Shown in pieces: positions 54,951-64,000 of a stretch of 64,000 nucleotides of DNA. Position 1 is the stretch's first letter; each line of letters begins with the position of its first letter. The notes beneath the pieces were generated by a model, which searched no databases, was not told the origin of the DNA, and saw nothing but the letters and a program-made list of their open reading frames with translations. The position numbers and the translations under genes were made by a program. Source of the DNA: Octopus sinensis (Eukaryota); contig NC_042999.1 of assembly GCF_006345805.1 (NCBI RefSeq), forward strand, positions 105,648,001-105,712,000, given 5' to 3'.

Positions 54951-55818
54951 AGAGAGAGAAATGAAATTGAATGGTATGGCGGAAATATCGTAGCTGTTAA
55001 ATGAATGATGCTACACTATCATGTACGTCGAATAATGCGGTAAACTATCGGTCGTCGTATATTTTCCCACAAGTATTACACGACACCCTCTTTGATGGCA
55101 ATAATATTCTTCAATACTTAGTAAAATATAGTATTATTCTAAATTAATGCATTTAAAGTAAAGTGGAGGATGGCTTTCTGTCTGTAATGTATTTCAACCC
55201 ACTAACATGCCATTTTCTATTCCCATTAGATATTCTAAAACGATATTGCAGGTGAAACAAGAGATAGTTTCAAATTCTTGTAAAACATTTATGTATACCG
55301 AAATACATACTTGTCTGTTTAACGACAATGATAGGAAGATAATGCGTGTAGAGTTAAGATAAACGTTTAAAAGCACTGTGGTTATGAAATGAAAGCACTT
55401 TACAATACCGATAAAAAAAAAGGCGTTGTTGAAATGAACATGCTGAATGAATATACATCAGGAAGCATTTAAATGATATATCATGTCATATAAAACTTTC
55501 CAGTGAGTGAAATATATGGAAAATTATATCGATTCAATTTGTTCCATGTGCTTTTAGGAACAAATTAAACCATAGCAAATTGCCTTATATAATGGCTCGG
55601 ACTTCATGTGAACACTGTTTCATTCCCCAAAGTAAGAACCAATTAATTAATCTGCATCCAAGCTATATTTTATTATTGTTTTGGTGGCTGTGTTAGGATA
55701 TCAAATAAACTTTGATTTCCTTGTTTACGTAAATTAAATTGAATGCCATTTCACTATGCAACGCTCAATAATGCTCGTTAACACTGTAGTATATTCTCAG
55801 TATTGTGTATATTCTTAG

Positions 55819-55890
<72 letters not shown>

Positions 55891-57457
55891 CGCACAAAAT
55901 GGGACAAGAACGCAAAGCAGCCAGACAGTTGATACAAAAAAGGAACAACAAAACATCCAGATGGACGATACAAAGAAAACAAGGACGGGTCATTCGAAAT
56001 TTCCTTTCTTCATTCGAGTTCCACATTATCTTTGCAATTTCGGCTGGTTATACTCTCGAGATTGTTCCAATCTGGCCAGCCCCAAGGAAAAACTTAACTA
56101 AGAGCATAAGATTCATTGGAAGAAAGCATAGCGAATGTATACGTAAACAAGGAGAAAAAAACTGAGAATGTTACATAAATACAAATAACAGGACTTAACA
56201 ACAATATATATATATGTGTGTGTGTGTGTGTGTCTGTGTGTGTGTGTATGTATATATGTATGTATATTTATACTTACATAATGTTTTTTCTCGGGGATTC
56301 TAGTCTACAATTCACTAAGAAATGCGTGTACTGCATGACACTAAACTGGATTTTGAATGCATCTACGATTATAGAGAAGGAACCTTTGCCAGATTAAGCT
56401 TAAAAAGGGAGATTTTTCTTTTTTATTATTTGAGAAGCAATTGGAGAGAGAGCAAAGGACTACTGGTTATATACCAGCTTGCAGCGTTCGAGCACGCCAC
56501 AGTGACCCTCGAAATATCTCAAATGACATGCAAACCGGTTACTTTATTTATATATTCAGGTAATATAAGCGAATAACTCATCCACTCCAACATGTTATTT
56601 GTAGAAGCTGAGTGAACTATAAGGATCACTGTGGACAAGAGTTTTATAGAAATTTCTGTTACTGTAAGCAAATTTACATTTGCACATCGCTAATTTTCAG
56701 CAGCAAGTGCATATTATGATATCGCAAATATTCCTTCGTAAGAACCAGTGAGGAAGAAATAAAAGTAACTAAAAGGAGATAAAAATAATAAACTCTGAAT
56801 AAGAAACTTTGATACCGAATTAGCAGTCACTATTTTCTGTTATAGATGTACGCGTAGCATTATACCCGATATATAACCTTTAAAATATCTATGATTCTGC
56901 ACTAGTTTTTATGAATATAAAATTCACTGATTATATCCAACATGGCGCCAAATTACATCTATTTATCTATCTTTATCACTTATTTATCTTTTTCACAATC
57001 ATAAACGCATATCTTTACTTTTTATAAATATTTGTGTATGTATGTATTTATGTATTTATATGTGAATGTGTCTGCTTATCTCCCACCCGTATTGAGTACT
57101 ACCTTAAGCATCATGTATAGTATTTATTTTTCGATATTTGAGGTTAAGTCGTAAAGCTTAATATGTCGAATTTGTATTTTATAAAGCCATGTTTGCCTAT
57201 CTATAGAAACATGAAATGATCAACAGTGAAACAGCGGAGATGCATGATTTAAATTAATAAATATAAACTTTGTTTCACCTTAGTAAGTGGAATTAAAAGT
57301 GAAAGGTAAGCAATAACCCCCTGCAGAACTGGAGGCACTCGAACAAAAGCTTTTTACATCAACTATCTATATAAATCGGCATTTCCATATATCGTTGTAA
57401 AACTGGAACTGTTATGGAAATAAGGAATCCAAAGAGTGACTGATGTATATATATATA

Positions 57458-58757
57458 ATTATAGATTTTAAGTAGAGATTCTTAACTCTAACAATTCTCA
57501 GAAACACGCTAGGATTAAAGTGCTCTAATTGAGGCAAGTTCCAATTTATGATTTCAATGGAGGCAATACCAGCGTAAAACTAGAGGAACTTGACCTATTA
57601 TACAATGGAATATTCAATATATACGTGCACTCTCATTGGACATTAATAAATCAATATAAAGTTCCAGATAATACAGTATTAAAGCATACAAATATATGAA
57701 CATATAAATATTTAATTTTTAGAAATACGCCAATATTTGAAAACATTTTTAAATATTTAAAAAATAAGTGGGCATTATAAATATATAAATACATAAATAG
57801 GTATACAAATATATATTTAAATATGTGTAAAGGTCGATATGATATAAGATAAAATTCGTAGGCATTTAAAAATATTAAAAAATGCTCATATATATAAATA
57901 TATAAATTCACAGGCAAAATATAAAACATCAACATAATATAAGACTTATTGAATTAATAATTCATACGAGAATTATTAATCCACACGATAAGATACAAGG
58001 TAATAAAGATTCACAGTTTACTATACAGAGTCTGGTGGAAAATTTGAAATTATGCAACATTAACATGGCATACTAATACACAAAGATAATGTTCCATCCA
58101 CGGGCCGTTTTGGAGACGTGTCCAATAATATGATATAAATTTCATAATTCAATATTAACCAAGAGAGAATATTTTAATATTTCATATTAAAATAGGAAAT
58201 TTATTTTATATTATCGGACACATTTCCGAAACGGCCCGTCGATGGAACATTATCCTTGTGTATAAATATGTCAAGTTAATGTTGTATAATTTCAAATTTT
58301 CCACCTGTGAATCTTTATTACCTTGTATCTTATCGTGTGAATTAATAATTATTGTGTGAATTCAATAAGTCTTATGTTATGTTGATGTTTTATATTTTGC
58401 CTGTGTATTTATATATTTATATATTTATATATTTATATATATGAGCATTTTTGAATATTTTTCAATACGTACGGGTTTTATACATATGTCTTATATCTAT
58501 TTGTATATCTATTTATGTATTGATATATTTATAATGCCAACTTATTTTTTTAATATTTTTTTAATATTTTTAAATATTGGCGTATTTCTAAATATTAAAT
58601 ATTTATATGTTCATATACTTGTATGCTTTAATGCTGTATTATCTGGAACTTTATATTGATTTATTAATGTCCAGTGAGAGTGCGCGTATACATTGAATAT
58701 TCTATTGGATAATAGGTCATGTTCCTCTAGTTTTCCGCTGGTATTGCTTCCATTGAA

Positions 58758-58762
<5 letters not shown>
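57458..58762. mobile_element. Large fold-back element (family D) with hammerhead 3' half near the centre
   Basis: Diverged arms about 57548-58131 / 58208-58762; TA tracts at 57446 and 58762; ggacac..tcc-GAAAC-GGCCC-GTC at 58216-58240. Confidence 0.75.
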
Positions 58763-58842
<80 letters not shown>

Positions 58843-58851
58843 ATATAAATA

Positions 58852-58883
<32 letters not shown>

Positions 58884-59099
58884 TGTGTACTCAGGGTGTC
58901 TTATTTTGGGAAATGTTGTTGTATAGATATGGATTAACGGTTTTTCCTATCATAAACGTTATGACGTTCACAATCTACCTGGATTACTGTGATTATTAAC
59001 GATACAATTGATTTTCTACTTTTTTTCACCTCGGGACTTTGGGACCCCAGTTTTACATGTTCGTTGAAAATGGTTCCGTAACGGTCAATACTTATATTT

Positions 59100-59182
59100 C
59101 GCATCATCATCATCACCACCACCACCATCACCATCATCATCACCACCACCACCACCATTATTATCATCATCATCATCCTCAT

Positions 59183-59235
<53 letters not shown>

Positions 59236-59257
59236 CCACCACCACCACCACCATTAC

Positions 59258-59302
<45 letters not shown>

Positions 59303-59310
59303 TATCATCA

Positions 59311-59355
<45 letters not shown>
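59100..59355. repeat. Compound (CAT)/(CAC)/(TAT) microsatellite
   Basis: Direct reading. Confidence 0.95.
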
Positions 59356-59359
<4 letters not shown>

Positions 59360-60156
59360 TCAGTAGTTTTATTTTTATAACGTTTTCACTTTGCTACCGA
59401 GCGCAGCTCTGTGTGCCTTGGGTATGTGCTGTAATTTGTTGTGATGTTCTGATGGTTACCGTATTGAAAGTGTTCTGCGTAAGATTTGTGCTGTGCCTAG
59501 TAGTGAAATTTTATGTATGTTATATGTGTTTGTAAGTCCTGGTGTTTTTATTATTATTATGATGATGTTTTTTCCTTCTTTCTTCAAATTTTCTTCCGTT
59601 TCTCGCCGAGTGTTGTCCATACACCTAGGGCAGAGAAAGGTATTGCATGCATTTCCATATTACATGCGCAAATTCACAGATAAAATATGTATTTAAAAAT
59701 TAATAAATAAATAAATTCATGGATGGATGTTATTTTCACAGCGATAGTGCTCTTCTCAGTACATGAGCCGTTCCAGTTAATACAATTTTTTGCACTTCCT
59801 GTAGGGATGGTAAGCCTGGAATCATTTTCAAATAGGTTTCAGTACCTTTTTTATCATTCCTAGTGGTCCTACAATCACTGGTACTGTAGTCGCCTTGAGA
59901 TGCCACATTTTTTCAATTTCTATTAGCAGGTTTTTATGTTTACTAATCTTGTCAAATTCTTTCGCCGTTATATTGTGATCACATGGAATACTCATGTCAA
60001 TTAATAAACACATCCTTTTTGTCTGATCTCTTATAATAATATCCGGTTTATTAGCTTTTATAGTCCTGTCGGTCTGCACGGGGAAGTCCCATAGAATCGA
60101 CACATTTTCTCCCTCAGTCACAGCTTCAGGATAATGTTTATACCATTTGTCAGCGG

Positions 60157-60157
<1 letters not shown>
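59356..60157 (-). mobile_element. 5'-truncated R4/Dong-like retrotransposon inserted in (TAA)n
   Basis: ILWDFPVQTDRTIKANKPDIIIRD..LLIDMSIPCDHNI..K (PD-D/ExK RLE; ORF 59828-60121); (TAA)n on both sides in element sense. Confidence 0.9.
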
Positions 60158-60227
<70 letters not shown>

Positions 60228-61539
60228 CATCATCATCATCATCGTTATTATTATCCTCATTAGTATTTCTAGTAGTAGCAGTCGCAACAGCATAGCATCT
60301 GACGAATGACCAGTGTTTTCGTATTTTCTATTGTATCATGTATTCATTGTAATGTGTTCAGTATCCAGTCGCATTATATTCGAATAATGTAGGAGACCTT
60401 AAGAGCTTGGGTTTATATTCATTTAGCTGCATCTTAACATGTCTAAAGCGTCTAATTTCATAGTTATTGATTCTTCTCTGCACCATTAATTACATTGTTT
60501 TGTATTTCTAGATCTGTGTGTTTTACTGATATATTATTTCTTGTTAGGATTCATATTTGTATTTGGAGATATTTCTGCTCTTGTGATTTTTGGAAAATAA
60601 CATTCTGGTGAATAAATTTGAATCCCATCTTTTTATTTATCGCAGGTTTTGTTTTATATTTACATTTTCTATATATTATAAAACCTTATTTGTAATGCTA
60701 TTTTTAAATACTGAATATTTGTGAAACCTGCAGCCTTTCTACACTTCTTGATGCATTCTCTCTCGGTTAAAACTAAACAGACAGTGTCAATATGGATAAC
60801 TGTTAATACTTAACGCTCAAATAGATTGAAGCTTGTTTATGTATTCTGGCTCATTACATAGTTTCGGTACATTAACCCAGTTCTCTAATGAAGACATATG
60901 CCTTATTTATACTATTAATATTTTAGCTAATTATTCATCATATTTTCAGAAAATTTATGCAGGTTTTCTTCATCGCCACCAAATGGAGATTTGTATTTCT
61001 ACTGGAGATGTAAAATTTTTTTCGTGTGATGCAGTACTTCTGAATTATTTTGAAATATGTCTAGTTTCAGGACATATTACGGTATTTCAAATGCTTCGAA
61101 CAGTGAGTAAAATGTGATTTAACTTTTTCGTTGTATGATGTTTGGTTTTCTCAAGAGCTATGTGATTGCTGTTATGAGCTTCAATGTTAGATTGTGATTG
61201 CCTAATATGCGCGCCCAATGGGCAGTGTTTCTGAGCAACAGTGAAAACTATATGATCTATGGCAATTATATTAAATGTGATTTGAAAACAATATTGGTTT
61301 TATAATCACTTCTTTCACTAGATTAATATTTAGAGTCTATATTGAATGCGATGGGTAAATTTTTCAAAGAGGTAATTTGTTGGTAATAGATTGCATACAC
61401 GTAATATTCTGAACAGGATTTTGGTTGTTAAAATCTGCATTAATTTTCGGTCAGACTGCGTATAAATTTGTGATTACCGCTATGGTTTGGAGTTGTTTTA
61501 GCAACCGTTCATAATATGCACATAATTTGCGCGCAGTTT

Positions 61540-62270
61540 GTTTCCAGGGTGCTCAGTGACAAGGAGAAGGGAAGAGATGCATTGGTAATGACTTGAATAT
61601 AGTTGAACTCATTACCTCCAGTTCGAAAATATTTGAGTCCCGGTGACGAATGGCGAAGCCCTGATCTGCTGTTTTGATCCAAAGAAGAGGCATCCTCGTT
61701 ACACTGGACACATGGAATCTAAGGAAAGTAACTCCACCGAGAATCGTATAGTGTGACACGTTTTTGAAAACAAGGACATCATCTACATAAACTCAGTTAC
61801 CATTGACTAGCCGGTAATCGAATAGTATTTTGCAGCTGATTTGATGGTCAGGACGATATTCCGTCGGCAATGTCCAGACGTCACTCATTTGGTTCTGTGG
61901 CACTTCCACCAGAACAATGCACAATGCATGTCCATAGTTTCAACGTGGTAACCAACGACATAACTAAGATACGCATTAAAATTGGCTCTCACCCTCCCTA
62001 CAGTCCACACCTATCTCCCTGTGACATTTGGTTTTCCTCGAGCACAAGTATAACCTCAGAGTCAGTCAATTTGAAGACATTCAGAAGAGGGAGGGCGCTG
62101 TGACAAGGGTCATTGTTATTTTTACTGTGGAGGAATTCGACAGGGCACTTACAAATTGGCTGGAATACTACAATTGCTTTGAAGTCAAAGGATCCTACTT
62201 TGAAGGAAATTAGAGTTTTGTAGTTATTTGAAATTCACTAATTTATCTCTTGACCTTTGGCTCACCCTTA
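61540..62270 (+). mobile_element. Decayed mariner transposase
   Basis: HPPYSPHLSPCDIWF; ...NCFEVKGSYFEGN*. Confidence 0.75.
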
Positions 62271-63679
62271 ATATAACACAAGAATAATACCTCCCATATG
62301 TTTAAAAGAAACCAACAAAGAACTGAGTTACCTGTCATCAGATGGCCTTTGTTGGGTGTGGGAGCCATGATGCTTCCATTGTATACATTTTTCCTTGTCT
62401 TCGGGTTATACAGTATATGTAGGGTTGTTACAGATCACCAGAGACACAAGTAGGCTTTGATTGGAGGTAACGATTTGAACTTGCTGCACCAACGTGTTTC
62501 TTCTTATTTACGCCCCTGAGTAACATTTTTTGATGACAGGTTTGACATCTTTATTTGGTATTAATATTTTATTCTAACTGTCGTATTCGAGCTCTATAAT
62601 TCCGCTTTTTGTCTGAACTGACAGGCTTACCTGTGTGTGTGTTTGTGTGTATGTATGTGTGTGTGTTTGTGTATGTAAACTCACATTTATGTTATATATA
62701 TATATATATATATACACGTTAATACTTTACATGTTAAGAATCTTTAGATCTTAAGAGTCTCGATGAGATAGCGTTTTACTAAACTTCATAATGCTGTAAT
62801 TTCTCAGAGGTTTCTTTTTCGTATATACTTAGGTATCTCACCGAGTGTCTGTGGCATCATGCAGTTTCTTGCGTGATATCACAGAATGTAATACAGAGAA
62901 TAGCCGAAACTCTGACGATCGTAGTCGGTTTGTTAATGAAATACCTCTGATCAAGTGCATCGTTAACACACGAACATGCATGCAATAACCTAGCTAATGT
63001 CAGGCAAACAGTTGTCAGAGTAGAGCACATTAAAATAAAATTTTTAATCTATTTCTATTGACAGACACAACAATAAAATTAAAATCATATGGCGAAATAA
63101 TCATATTAAATCTGATTTATTAGTTGAAATAATATCAGTTAAAATATGACGATCGTACTTTCTATAACATCGATAACAGAAACATCGCTAAGGAAAAAGT
63201 CAATACAGCTGTCAAATCTACTGCAGAAAAGAACCATGTTTCCAATCGATCTCACGCTAGAGAAGATACGCCCAATAGTATATCGAGTATACGTTTTCAT
63301 AGTGATGATCATATAATATGAAGAAAAAATTCAGAATGTGGATTACATACCTAAGAATTTAGCCACCTGAGTGTTAATAAATTTCACTTGAAAGCAATAG
63401 ATTGCTTTGCGTATCTTATACAACTCCTGTGAATATTAGGATTTCATGAAATTAGCAGTCATAGCGAGATATTCAACCAAACGTGAAGTCATACAATCTC
63501 CTCCTACTCCACCTCACACCTATGATTCTGATTGTAACCTCTTTGTGGGCAGACAATTAAATACTAGTATGTAACTAACGATATATCTACCTATCTACAC
63601 ACAAATACACACACACATATATACATACATTTATATATGTATAATAAATACAAATATACATAATAAAATATACATATAT

Positions 63680-63690
63680 ACACATATATG

Positions 63691-63744
<54 letters not shown>

Positions 63745-63785
63745 TATATATATATATATTATATATATATATATATGTATATATG

Positions 63786-63818
<33 letters not shown>

Positions 63819-63835
63819 TATATATATATATATTA

Positions 63836-63880
<45 letters not shown>
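63680..63880. repeat. Imperfect (TA)n microsatellite
   Basis: Direct reading. Confidence 0.95.
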
Positions 63881-63883
<3 letters not shown>

Positions 63884-64000
63884 TGGTTGTCTACTCCTTA
63901 TGTAGAGTCTGACCACCTCCTGCACTTACACCATAGATCCACCTTGGCAGCTGATATGGCTTCTTAAACCAGACAATGTATTGAAAAGACACTCGCATAG

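Noticed and set aside
56032-56081. Minus-strand GGCTGG/CCAGCC stem + GAAA + TTGCAA palindrome
   Set aside because: No CUGANGA-like core, no U16.1 and no stem I.
60290-61430. Possible highly decayed LINE region
   Set aside because: I could not recover a diagnostic RT or endonuclease motif by eye.

Overview
AT-rich, microsatellite-dense animal genomic DNA. The tRNA-derived SINE families and (TA)n/(CA)n/(TAA)n load suggest an octopod cephalopod (inference). I found no intact host gene. Almost all listed ORFs are microsatellite read-throughs or decayed transposon fragments: Tc1/mariner transposases, R4/Dong-type non-LTR retrotransposon C-termini (CCHC knuckle plus restriction-like endonuclease) and Penelope-like (PLE) linker/GIY-YIG fragments. 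Also present are many SINEs, three copies of a ~480-500 bp Helitron/Helentron-like element, a 100-bp mariner MITE and a 53-nt 3' half of U6 snRNA. The main discovery is a set of short elements from about five families, most sitting in (TA)n tracts. They carry whole, partial or decayed minimal type-I hammerhead ribozyme (HHR) folds. Several are fold-back palindromes whose turning point lies in or beside the ribozyme. One family has a G3:C8-swapped catalytic core (GUGAACA instead of CUGANGA) that a standard HHR pattern search would miss. All structures were folded by eye; none is experimentally tested.
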